Shown here one piece after another: positions 52,320-64,000 of a stretch of 64,000 nt of DNA. Source of the stretch: Octopus sinensis (lineage: Eukaryota); NCBI RefSeq assembly GCF_006345805.1, contig NC_042997.1, positions 135,718,001 through 135,782,000 of the forward strand, written 5' to 3'. Made by a program: the position numbers and the translations under genes. The notes beneath the pieces are model-generated. The model did not search any database. It worked only from the letters and a program-made list of their open reading frames with translations, and was not told the DNA's origin. Within the stretch, counting starts at the first letter, position 1. Every line of letters begins with the position of its first letter.

Positions 52320-53727
52320 ACATGCCACACTCTACAATCTCGATGTGCTGGTTCCGCTCACTACCAGAACAGATGACAATGACCCATAGACTGTGGTCAA
52401 AGTGCATCCAAGAAATTGTCTTTATCAGATTTATCAGAATTGATCTCTGCCATAATGAAATTAAAGCATATTTCAGTCACACATGTCTCGAGTTTCTTTT
52501 GCGATTAAGTATACATTCCTATACACAGGCATAAAGCATATTTTCATAAAATATGTCCCTCTAGCAAATACGATCACTCCGTTTCTTTTTCAGTTTCATT
52601 TGAATGTATTCAAATGAAATTACTCATTCCGTGGGACGTAATACATCATTTACATCTTGTTCTAGTCATCCAGGTAAGAGCGTGCGCCTCTAATCTCGTA
52701 ATAAAATTTCAGTAAGAGTCTAGAAATAATGCAGTGATAAAGATAATTCTACTTCCCTGATTTCACATTAACAGCGCTGGGATATGTTTCTCATTAGCAT
52801 GTTAGTGGATAGTGTGTGATAAATGCAAATAAGCGTTCTGTATCAATGAAACTCATTACGAATTAATTGCATCTTCCTCGCTCCAACTACAATTTACAAT
52901 ACGATACACAATGAATCGAATAACTGCTTTCTCTGACGTTAATGAGCATTGAGATAAATGATACAGATAGCTTTATTCCTATGCTTGTTAGGAGTTACTC
53001 TCCAGAAAGAAAACAAAGGTTAATTCGTGATGTAACCTAAAGAATGCCTTCCATTTTGTTTTAGAATTTCGCTTATTTACCCTTTTCTGATTAGCAAATT
53101 AACAAAAATTGATATGGTAATTCCTTTGTTACACATATACTTAATATCATTAAAAAATTTCAAAAATATTATACGTTAAGCAAGTATTTAAAATTGTTTT
53201 GCACTAATGAAACTCGGAGATGTTTAAAAGTGATTTATACTATTAAATTTATTTTGTAAATAATTTCGCTCCACATTTATTATATTTAATTGCAGATCCT
53301 ACGTGGAATGTAAAATATAATATGATTTAAAAATTACAGTAAAGTAAAAAAAAAAAAAATTAAATAGATTTTATCTCGATGATTCGTTCTTAATATATTG
53401 AATGAAACATCAAGTTTCTACTTTTTCTCAGACGTGAATTGATTACCAAAAACTGGAGTCTATCAAGAAGTAACCAGCCGAAGGGATATTCGAATTATAA
53501 CGTATGTGACGCCTGTAATGCGTATGGAAAGTAATTTCAACCAAAACATTCAATGTGGATACGAACATGATGGTATGCTTTTGCGTGTATGAGCATGCAT
53601 ATGAGTGAGTGTGTGTGTGTGTGTTTACAAGTATGCGTGTGCGCGCAGACATTGAATGTAGGGATTTGTTCAATTCAGATATCAGTAATTTAATATAAAG
53701 CATGTTAATAAATTTTGCTATAATTAT

Positions 53728-53890
53728 TCTTTTCTACTCTAGACACAAGGCCCTAAAATTCGGGGGTGGAGGCTAGTCGATTAGATCGACCCCAGTACGC
53801 AACTGGCACTTAATTTATCGACCCCGAAATGATGAAAGGTAAAGTTGACCTCGGTGGAATTTGAACTCAGATCGCAAAGACAGACGAAGA
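53728..53890 (-). mobile_element. SINE family B, 3' part
   Basis: GTCGATTAGATCGACCCCAG...AATTTATCGACCCCGAAA...GGAATTTGAACTCAG. Confidence 0.85.
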
Positions 53891-54547
53891 GCGCCTACGA
53901 TATTGAAAACAATTTGTTCATATGGAATACGGGGACGCATTTCACCGACGATTCGCATAAAAAGCAATTGAAAGGTAGGCAGTAAGACAGGCACATAACA
54001 ACTTTAGTACACTATCGCGAAACTCCGTAGTGTCTGACAGTAACTGATATAAAGCTGGTGTGAGACTGGTTACCGTGTGCATGACAATTCTCAAAAAACC
54101 AGAACCTGCATAGACATATACGATGTTGGAGTCTTGCACAGAAAGTACTCCTCATTTTCATTCTACGTTACTAACAAGTGGATAGATAGCCTTCATTTCA
54201 CTCAGACAGACATAACACGGATCGAAGCGGGTGGTCACTGGTTGGCTATTCGAATGGCCAATTGCACCAATTACTAAACTTAGATATGTGCCTGATGTTT
54301 GAAGCGCTTTTAGAACAGAGCGTTGGCTCTGATACAATTTCGACTTAGAGGGGTTCAGCTTGGATCTCTCAGAGGCATTCCGGTACCGTCACCATATCGA
54401 ATATGTTCAAAACCTGTTGCTCTGATTCCACGGAATCTGTTATTATTCACGGAATAGTTCAAGCCGAGTTAATTTTGCAGCACATACTGTCAATTTCCAA
54501 GAGATAACAGACACGATTAAAACGAAGAATCAGTGCTACTACGAACG

Positions 54548-54586
<39 letters not shown>

Positions 54587-54592
54587 ATACAT

Positions 54593-54926
54593 GTAGTGAC
54601 CCCCTTCGGTCAGACACTGACCATGAGTTTGCACCTAGAGAGTTACCCTCTAAGGCACAAGTCTGGGCAAGGTTGTTTTATGGAAGACCAGCAGTCGCCC
54701 ATGCATACCGGCCTCCCCTCGCCACGTCACCGATGTTGTCCAAGGGAAAGGCAAAGGCCGATACAGCTTGGCACCTGTGACGTCGCAACTCATTTCTACA
54801 GCTAAGTGAACTGGAGCAACGTGAAATAAAGTGTCTTGCTCAAGAACACAACACACAGCCCGGTCCGGGATTCGAGCTCACAACCTCACGGTCGTAAGCT
54901 CAACGCTCTATCCACTGAGCCACGTA
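54593..54926 (-). mobile_element. SINE family C, full length
   Basis: Reverse complement GTGGCTCAGTGGATAGAGCG...GAGCTCGAATCCC...TTCTTGAGCAAGACACTTTATTTCAC. Confidence 0.9.
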
Positions 54927-55210
54927 CTTATATATATGTTTATATATGTAATTATTATTTGAGGGAATAAAATCCAAACTTACAAGGAAAAAAATTCAAT
55001 TTAGAAATACTAAATCAAATTTCACACAATATTCTATATATATAAAAAGTTAGAAAAAACACCTTTAAATGTATACAAGAATATGTATTTCTTCGTATAC
55101 ATACATTTGTATACATACATACACACACATACACATATGATGTAATTTAATTGTTCATTTTGAATTGATAAAAGGTGGGCTTTTTCTAACCTTATATATA
55201 TATACATACT

Positions 55211-55257
<47 letters not shown>

Positions 55258-55840
55258 TGTTATAATATATTTTCTCGCAACATATGTTAAGGAATATACG
55301 ATGAAGATAAGATATACGATTTACTAATACCAGTATGCATCACAATGTGACCAAAGCTGAATAAGAGATTAAATATATTTTGATAAGAAATCGAATGTTA
55401 CAATAAATCTATGACCTTTGACTATGATATTCTAATCGTATTAAATACCACTCAGTTATGAGACTAATACATTCATATTATTATTTATTTACTGAAATCT
55501 AAATTCTTTGCTATTCTTCCCTATATCATGAAACCTAGAAATACAAATAAATAACGTTTTTCGTAATCTTATCTGGAACGATTCCGAAACATCGATGGAA
55601 TATATACAATATCACAATACTCTAGGTCAAAAATTGTATGGTTAGACTTGAAGCTATATTTGATTCTTGTCATGTTTTTATATTTCAGTCTTGCTTTATA
55701 ACGCCGATAATTTTTTTGGAATTAAACCTCACTTAAATTGTTATTACCAGATGAAAGTTATATATTTTAAGAAATTCAACTGTTCTCCCGGCAATGTCCT
55801 ACTTCTCATTATACATACATACATTCATACATACATGTAT

Positions 55841-55929
<89 letters not shown>

Positions 55930-56037
55930 ATATATATATAATTCAACAATTGAGGGTAAAATTAATTAATTAATTAATCAATTTCACCAAGTATTCAGTA
56001 TGCAAAGGGACCATTTAAGGCAAATTCAAATTATTAC

Positions 56038-56383
56038 ATTATATAAAAGGGCTTAGTAAAATAAATTACTTTGCCGCATACTGAACTCGTTAGAAATAGC
56101 AGCTAAAAAAACTATTTCTAACACTTAAAGAAAACCTCTCTCATATAGTGCTTGCTCAATTCAACCCAAGAAAGTATGAGGGTAGAGACATTAAAAAATC
56201 AAATGCAAACCTTTGCATTTGATTTTTTAATGTCTCTACCCTCATACTTTCTTGAGTTGAATTGAGCAAACACTATATGAGAGAGGTTTTCTTTAAGTGT
56301 TAGAAATAGTTTTTTTAGCTGCTATTTCTAACGAGTTCAGTATGCGGCAAAGTAATTTATTTTACTAAGCCCTTTTATATAAT
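56038..56383. repeat. 346-bp palindrome (172-bp arms, 2-nt loop) in a PLE-type terminus
   Basis: 56038-56209 vs 56212-56383 with 2 mismatches; element 55941-56383 flanked by (TA)n. Confidence 0.95.
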
Positions 56384-56385
56384 AT

Positions 56386-56436
<51 letters not shown>

Positions 56437-56482
56437 TATATATATATAGATACATATATATATAATATATATATATATATAT

Positions 56483-56515
<33 letters not shown>

Positions 56516-56876
56516 GTGCGTTTATATATTTATATATATTTAGCAATATCCATATGTGTGCGTGTGCGCACTTATGTATGTGTGTATGTATGTATAGAAA
56601 GAAATATATATCCTTGTATATATGTGTATACATGTATATATGTGTATAAGTACCAGCAAAAATACACACGCACACGAACACACACACTCATATACAAATA
56701 CACTGATGTATTCGTGTACATCTGTATGGGCTATGTGCTCGTGTCTATGTTTATATGTATGTGTGCGTGTGTGTGTGTTTGTGCGTGTGTGTGTGTGTTT
56801 GTGCGTGTGTGTATATATACACACATATATGTAAATATACATGAAAATATACAGACAAATACATATATGTGTGTAA

Positions 56877-56951
<75 letters not shown>

Positions 56952-57071
56952 CATGTTATACATATCCACGCATATATACGTACATAAATATGTACATGCA
57001 TGTACGCAAACATTGCCTATTTATTTATTTTCTTTTAAATTTATGATATATGTGTGTGTGTGTGTGTGTGT

Positions 57072-57603
57072 GTTTATGTGTCTATATGTATATACATCAT
57101 AGCTTTTAAGTATCCAATATATGGGAAATATATAGGAATTTGAATTCTAGCTGAAACTAACTGAATTCTAATTGGAGACGGTAAGTACTTAAATTATACA
57201 GAATTTATGTTGCCCAAAGACAAATATAATACATATATATATATTGAAAGTATTGTTGTTTGTATTATATGAGAGTATGTGTTTGTATGTGTGCTTGTGT
57301 GTGCGTGCGTGCGCGTGTGTATGTGTATGTGTGTGTGTGGTGTGTGTGTGTGTTTATGTGTCTATATGTATATACATCATAGCTTTTAAGTATCCAATAT
57401 ATGGGAAATATATAGGAATTTGAATTCTAGCTGAAACTAACTGAATTCTAATTGGAGACGGTAAGTACTTAAATTATACAGAATTTATGTTGCCCAAAGA
57501 CAAATATAATACATATATATATATTGAAAGTATTGTTGTTTGTATTTATATGAGAGTATGTGTTTGTATGTGTGCTTGTGTGTGCGTGCGTGCGCGTGTG
57601 TAT

Positions 57604-57640
<37 letters not shown>
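57072..57640 (+). repeat. Tandem duplication, 280-bp period, joined at (TG)n
   Basis: Units start at 57072 and 57352; one 1-nt indel outside the microsatellite. Confidence 0.95.
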
Positions 57641-57643
<3 letters not shown>

Positions 57644-58454
57644 CTATCTGTATATGTGTAGCTTTATTTTCACGACAGCTTGTTTAGATCAACACGGTCG
57701 ATATTTATTTTGATCTATTGTAGGTCTGTACAGGAATGGTCGTTTACCGTGGAGTGATGAACAATATGGACAAGTAGCATACAAAGAAGACAAAAATATC
57801 ATCGATCGATTATGTGTACAGTAAACATAAAAATTGCAAATTTCGAAGGGTGAGAAGGAAGTAACTGTGGACCAGTGTGTCAGTGTTTTTGGTTTGATGG
57901 TCAGTGATTGTATGCAATCAATGAAGTAAGTATTGGTATAATGAGAGTTGTGACGTTAGCTGCCCATTTCAGCATTTCTTCAGTATAGGTCTTACTTGGG
58001 TTTTGTAGAGGAATTAAATAGATATTACGTTTATGTATTTATTTTGAAAGATTCTTGATGTGAAATCGCGTGTTGAAACAAATATTGTTATATTTCGGGA
58101 CGGCCATTTTTTTTCCTTTTGCCAAGTAAACGTGCGCATTAGACATTCGTTCTTCACTTCTTAATTATCGTTCTTATTTCATGTCCGTTTTCTGGAAATC
58201 TTTCATGGCATTCCTAAGCACATAGGATCGAGAGTTGCGGAAGATGTCGCTGGTGCATGACGAAAAATTTCCAGACAATGGACATAAAATAAGAACAATA
58301 ATAAACAAGTGAAAAACGAACACATACCGCGTGTGTTTATTTGACAAGAAAAAAATGATCACCCTGAAATATAACAATATAAATAGATATGTCAACTGGA
58401 ATACTGATTTAAAATTTTGGCACAAGGGGCAGAGGTAAGTCGATTGCATCGGAC

Positions 58455-60366
58455 CCAGTTAGACAGGAAGTATAGGGTGAAAAGAACGGGAATCAATGTT
58501 GTGATTGAGAAATTATAACAGAAGTTGAAAGCTAAACCACATAAAAGTAAAGAGATATGAACAGAGAATTGAGCAGTACATATTAAACAGACTTTTCGAA
58601 CAAAATCAGAAACGAGCCTATCAGGAACCGGATGGGAAAGAAAAAGGTGATAAAGCCGTGCCAGATGTCGAAGAAAGTAAAAGATTCTGGTCAAATATAT
58701 GGTTTCAGGAGAAATAATAGAAAACTGAAGCAGAGTGGTTAAAGACACTCAGAGAGGAGAGTGGAGAATAGCAGCAGGAGTAATTGAGAATAACCGAGGG
58801 GATAATTAGAGATCAATGCAGGAAAATTCCTAACCGGAAAGCGCCAAGCCCAGATGGGGTTTGGGGCTTTTGACTTAAAAACTTGACAGCTCTGCACAAG
58901 AGAATTGCAAGACAGCTGGACAAACTACTGAATAGTCACATTCAAGTATCGGCCTGGATGACAAGAGGCAGAACAGTACTATGCCAGAAGGACCCAAGTA
59001 AATGAAATGCAATTGCGAATTTCCGACCAATATCTTGTTTGCCACTGATGTGTTAATTGATGACGGCCATCACATCAAACAGCAGGGACTAATGCAGTTA
59101 AGCACCTCCCCTTTAAAAATGTATTTTTTCGAAAAGAAAAAAATTCGGATCCTTACGTTTTAGAGGTCGGAGATTACGCATATGCAAAGAAAGATTTTAA
59201 ACCTCCCTCACCCCCTCTCCCTTAAAGTTTTGAACCTTTTCGAAATTTCTTTCCCTATGTATTTGAAATTCCGAATATGCAAGAAACCAATTTTTAAAAA
59301 AATTAAAGTCAATAAACATATAGATATGTGTATGTAAATATAGCTAGATATGAATGTCTTCCTGGGGTTAAAACAACAGTAACCCCCATCTTCTATAGGA
59401 CCGCTACATTTCGTTGACAAATATATTAATTAACCGAGAGGGATAAATAGATAAATAGATAGATAAATAAATAAATGGATGAAAAAATTTTAAATTTATA
59501 ATTAGGGGAGGTGGTGGAATTTGAGCGCCTTATTAAACTTTATAACATTAATTATTAAACATTAATGTTGTTTCTCATAGGGATGTTGAAGATAAGACAG
59601 TCAGAGAGAAAAATGGCTGTGGATTACTAAAAGTGATTTAAAGCCGGAAACAGGGGTTCTAATTTGTGCTGCCTCAGAGCAAGAACTAAGAACAAACTAC
59701 ATAAAATACAGAATAGACAACACAGCAGAAAGTGATAACTGCAGAATCTGTGGACAAAACGGTGAAACCGTATGGCATATTACCAGCCAATGTACGCCAC
59801 TAGCCCAGAAGGAATATAAGAGACGCCACGACAATATAGCCAGGCTTGTGCACTGGACACTCTGCAATAATTATGGACTTGACAGAGTAAAAAATTGGTA
59901 CGACCACAAACCTGAAGGCATTGTCGAAAATAGAAATACAGACATCCTATTGGATTTTATGATTCAGTGCGACCATGAGATAGAGAATAGGAAACCGGAC
60001 ATAGTCTTAATTGAGAAAGGAAACAAACTATGCTGGATCATAAATATAACATGCTCAGCTGACAACAGGGTGTGCGATAAGGAAGAAAGAAAAGTCGAGA
60101 GACATGACAGGTTAGCTTGGGAAGTTAAGCAGTTGTGGTCGATGAAAACGGTAGCAGTAGTAGCAATAATTGTTGGAGCCCTGGAAACAGTAAGCAAAAT
60201 CTCGAGAAGTACGTGGAACAAATAGGGGATGCAATAAAGGTGGAGCACTTGCAGAAAACAGCACTGCTTGGAAGGTGCTCGAAAATTAAGAGGCGTTACC
60301 TTAGTTCACTGGTAGTGAACAACTGACACTGTAGTACATCTCCAGCGTTAGAAGCTGTGCAAAAGC

Positions 60367-60405
<39 letters not shown>
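58455..60405 (+). mobile_element. R4/Dong-type RLE non-LTR retrotransposon, internally deleted
   Basis: KAPSPDG, WMTRGRTVLCQKD, NFRPISCLP; then CRICGQNGETVWHITSQC, RRHDNIA, RKPDIVLIEK; (AAT)n tail. Confidence 0.9.
59103..59513. mobile_element. Putative MITE-like insert within the R4 deletion
   Basis: 10-bp inverted ends CACCTCCCCT / AGGGGAGGTG; no clear TSD. Confidence 0.35.
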
Positions 60406-60610
60406 CCTTTATACAAAAGGCACAAGCTTGAAATTTTGCGGGAGGGGACTAGTCATTTACATCGACACCAGTGCTTCACTGGTATCGAAACTGAAAGGAT
60501 GAAAAGCAAACTCACTCTCGGCTGAATTTGAATTCAGAATGAAAAGACGGGTGAAATACCGCTAAGCAGTTCGCCCGGCGTGCTAACGATTCCGACAGCT
60601 TGCTGCCTTT
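60406..60610 (-). mobile_element. SINE family B
   Basis: Reverse complement head AAGGCAGCAAGCTGTCGGAATCGTTAGCACGCCGGGCGAAC; abuts the (AAT)n tract. Confidence 0.85.
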
Positions 60611-60759
60611 ATGTCTACTAAAATATTACAGAGTCTACTATTTGGGAAACAGTTTCGAGGTTCTCGCAGTGATATAAATATGAAGTCACCACATGTGGTT
60701 ATAATGAGTAAATTCTATATCGAAATGGAGCAATTCAGCCAGTTTGTTGTTGGTGGTCT

Positions 60760-60762
60760 ACA

Positions 60763-60793
<31 letters not shown>

Positions 60794-60811
60794 GTTCTAC
60801 TTATGCTATAG

Positions 60812-60857
<46 letters not shown>

Positions 60858-60862
60858 ATTGC

Positions 60863-60897
<35 letters not shown>

Positions 60898-61329
60898 AAG
60901 AAGAAGAAGAAGAAGAAGAAGAAGAAGAAGAAGAAGAAGAAGAAATGAATGGATGAATGGATGAATGAATGAATGGCTATACCTGTCTGTGGTGCGTGTA
61001 GGCTTCGTACTCGATTCAAAGAAATTGCCTACTTGTTTAAATATCCATGTATTCAGCTATCGCTATATCAACCCTGTTATCTGTCAATAACTTCGTTTGC
61101 TTATCAAAAGGGTAGAATATGCAATCCAGGCAATTAATTTAAGGGAATATATTTTTCCATTACAACTATAGAAACAACGAACTACTACTACTACTAATAA
61201 TAATAATACTAATACTACTACTGCTGCTGCCGCTGCTACTACTATTACTACTACGACTAGTACTACTACCACTGCTGTTGCTGCCGTTACTACTACCACT
61301 GCTACTACTACTACTACTACTACTACTAC

Positions 61330-61368
<39 letters not shown>

Positions 61369-61630
61369 CAATCATAATCATAATCATAATAATAATATTT
61401 TCTACTATAGGCGCAAGGCGTGAAATTTGAGGGGAGGACACTAGTTGATTACATGGACCCTGATGTTTCACTGGTACTTAATTTATCGACTCCGCGGAAC
61501 TTGTACTGAGCTAGCGATTCCGACAACCCTTAGCCTCGAGAAGAAGAAGAAGAAGAAGAAGAAGAACAACAACAACAACAACAACAACAGCAACAACAGC
61601 AGCAACAGTAGCAACAACAAAAACAGCAGC
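60760..61630. repeat. Compound trinucleotide microsatellite cluster (CTA, GTA, GAA, AAT, AAC, CAG)
   Basis: Direct reading. Confidence 0.95.
61395..61535 (-). mobile_element. SINE family B, internally deleted
   Basis: GGCGCAAGGCGTGAAATTTGAGGGG...CTGGTACTTAATTTATCGAC. Confidence 0.7.
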
Positions 61631-63358
61631 AGCAAGGATTTCGTTAACGTAATATGCAAGGTAAATCATCATTGTCTTCAATGACTCGGGTATTAAATTA
61701 TAGTGGTCGGACATGTTTGGGGTTCTTTATTCGTTCCTATTATCTTATGCCATTATTGCATCACCTATACAGATTGTATAATTTGTTATTTGGAAGTTGG
61801 GTGAGGAAATGAGACTTTTCAGCAACGTAATTTGTATGATTGTAGACCAGCGCTCCTATGCAGATTATACTTTAATATTAGTATTTATCCAGATCAATTA
61901 CTTTGTTTGCTCCTACCGTAAGTGTAATTTGGATTTAGCTAGTATTATAGTAAATAACAAAAATAACACAATAGCTGAATAGATAAAAGACCGGGTATTA
62001 GACTTAGTTCGCGTCTATAGAAATGATGTTTGCCCTCAACTATATCAAATATACTATGCTTACGTTGCTTCACTCGGAAAGTGCATGATCAATTATTTAA
62101 ATAACATGTACGGAACAATTCCCCTCCAGCGTATGTAAATGCACATATTATCCGGTTAAGAATGTGATAAGTAAATTTTCTGCTAGATAGGATGCCGAAT
62201 CTTTATAGAAAACTATGTAATTATTTTATTCTGAATGTTTTGACTGGAATGTTAATACATGGTTTCAAGATCTAAATTCTGCATTGCATTGACAATTGCT
62301 ATGGAGCTATGAAAAGCAGTCTGCTTGGAATTGTTCTGGCGTTCGAAGCACTGAGTAGATTAATATATTACGGTAATTAATTTATTTAGAAATATTAGCG
62401 TATCTAGAGGCTTCAATAGAAAATCTCGAGAGAATGAAACTAACTTGAATGGATTTATCACGTTACCAATTACTGGAGACCTCAATTCGAACTGTCTAAT
62501 ATCATAACAAATTTATCAGTCATCCAGCTAGTCGTGATTACGTGACGCACACACCACCACACCTATACATGTCTGGCTGTATTTACGTAGAATATGAGTA
62601 CAGATGCCACAACATTTTCAGTTGTATGTGTCACGGCCAATTTGATGTTAGTTATTTCAGTTTACCAGTCGTGCATATTTTCCTTCAGAAAATCAATATC
62701 CACTTCAATATCTTTGCGAAATTGTGAATATAAAAAAGAAAATAAATCTTTTCTACTGTCGGTGAAAGAAATTTATTAAATTTGTGATCTCATATATATA
62801 TATAGGTGGGGGGTAACGCTTGTGACCCTGAGATACCTGCTGATGATACGGAAGAGTTCCCAGCATCACAAACGATTTTAAAGAACTTACAAAACCTTTG
62901 AGTCGCTCCTGCAGTTTTTGCATAGGGCAAAGTACCTCTGGTGTTTATTTCACCTATGATGTAGCATTTCACTATTTTCCCTTTTTACTAGTGCGAGGAA
63001 ACAGTTTCTATAGAACAGCGATTTAATAAGGTAAATATATTTACAGAAAAATACAAACCGCCTCTGAATATGAACATATAACCAATTTTGGATTCCGCAA
63101 ATATTTCAGCTTATAAAAGCATAACCAACTTTGTATATATTTTAATTCATACATTGGCAACTTGGTAATATAAATACAATTAAATCATCTCTCCAACAAA
63201 AGACTAATTTCCTCCACTGCCTCTAATATTCACTGTCACTAATTACCTCACGTTAGATTTATTTAGCTACTCATTTACGAAACGACTTCCTTCCAACTTG
63301 GACTGGAAACGTCTTATGATACAATAAGATTGTAATATTTTCCCTAATTTCCTCGTCA

Positions 63359-63733
63359 TCTCTCTATATATAAACGGCAGTTTGTCTGTCTGTGTGTCTG
63401 TCAGGTTGTACCCTCACCCTGACCATGGTTTTCAACCGATTCTGATGAAACTTGACACACACATAGCCCAATGTCATAATTCAAAACTAACGCAGCGAAA
63501 ATTTTGAAAAGTTCCCCCAGTTCTGAAAAAAATCTATAAATTCGACATGGGGTCGAGAATCAGAAACACAAACCACAGACTGTCTAGGGGACGCAACTCG
63601 ACCTTTTTAACTCTCAAAAAAAATTTACCATAATTCTTTTTCCATTTTTTTCTAATATTTGGCTATAACTCTCTAAAAATGCTTTATAGTTATTTCCCTT
63701 ACAAACCTGAGCAACGCCGGGCGATACTGCTAG
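63359..63733 (+). mobile_element. Complete non-autonomous Helitron (375 bp)
   Basis: A|TCTCTCTATATATAAACGG...CAACCGATTCTGATGAAACTT...GCAACGCCGGGCGATACTGCTAG|T; AT target, no TSD. Confidence 0.85.
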
Positions 63734-64000
63734 TAATTATTAAAAGCAAAACTTGTTGACTGTAAATATAATTTATCTCATAAAAAATATGTGTATTCTT
63801 TGCATTTTTCTTTGTATTTCATGTGTGTGTGTGTATTTATATATGTAAGTGTGTGTACGTATGTATGCGCATATTTATATATATACATGTACACGAACAC
63901 ACACACACACATATCGAACTCTAGAAACCTTATTTTTCCCTTTCTGTACATATCCAGGACGATCAATGAGGGAGAATCCATGAGCTTTATTCTTTTACTC

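Larger units (their letters stand above)
48971..52509 (+). mobile_element. Tc1-family DNA transposon interrupted by a ~2-kb insertion
   Basis: Left end TA|CACTGAACTGCAAAAGAAACGC; right end reverse complement TA|CTTAATCGCAAAAGAAACTC; transposase resumes at 51359. Confidence 0.8.

Noticed and set aside
53890-54530. Higher-GC, coding-looking stretch
   Set aside because: Stops in the frames examined and no recognisable motif; probably an old unclassified TE

Overview
AT-rich, microsatellite-dense eukaryotic DNA; the repeat content looks like an Octopus-type cephalopod (inference). I cannot support any host protein-coding exon, rRNA, true tRNA gene or CRISPR array. Almost all interpretable sequence is transposon-derived: four CR1-group LINE copies (5.2-17.9 kb), an RTE 5' fragment, an R4/Dong-type RLE LINE with the RT core missing, three tRNA-derived SINE families, two Tc1/mariner relics, non-autonomous Helitrons and many Penelope-like element (PLE) termini. 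Three things stand out. (1) Nine recognisable type I hammerhead ribozyme folds, plus truncated relics, sit in PLE termini, mostly beside (TA)n tracts; four of these insertions form inverted or fold-back structures. (2) One PLE terminal repeat is a tRNA-headed, (AAT)n-linked, hammerhead-tailed SINE-like module flanking a GIY-YIG remnant in inverted orientation. (3) Two distantly related ORF1-only (half-LINE/HAL1-like) zinc-knuckle elements lack any RT. All alignments and folds were done by eye; boundaries are approximate unless a motif is quoted.
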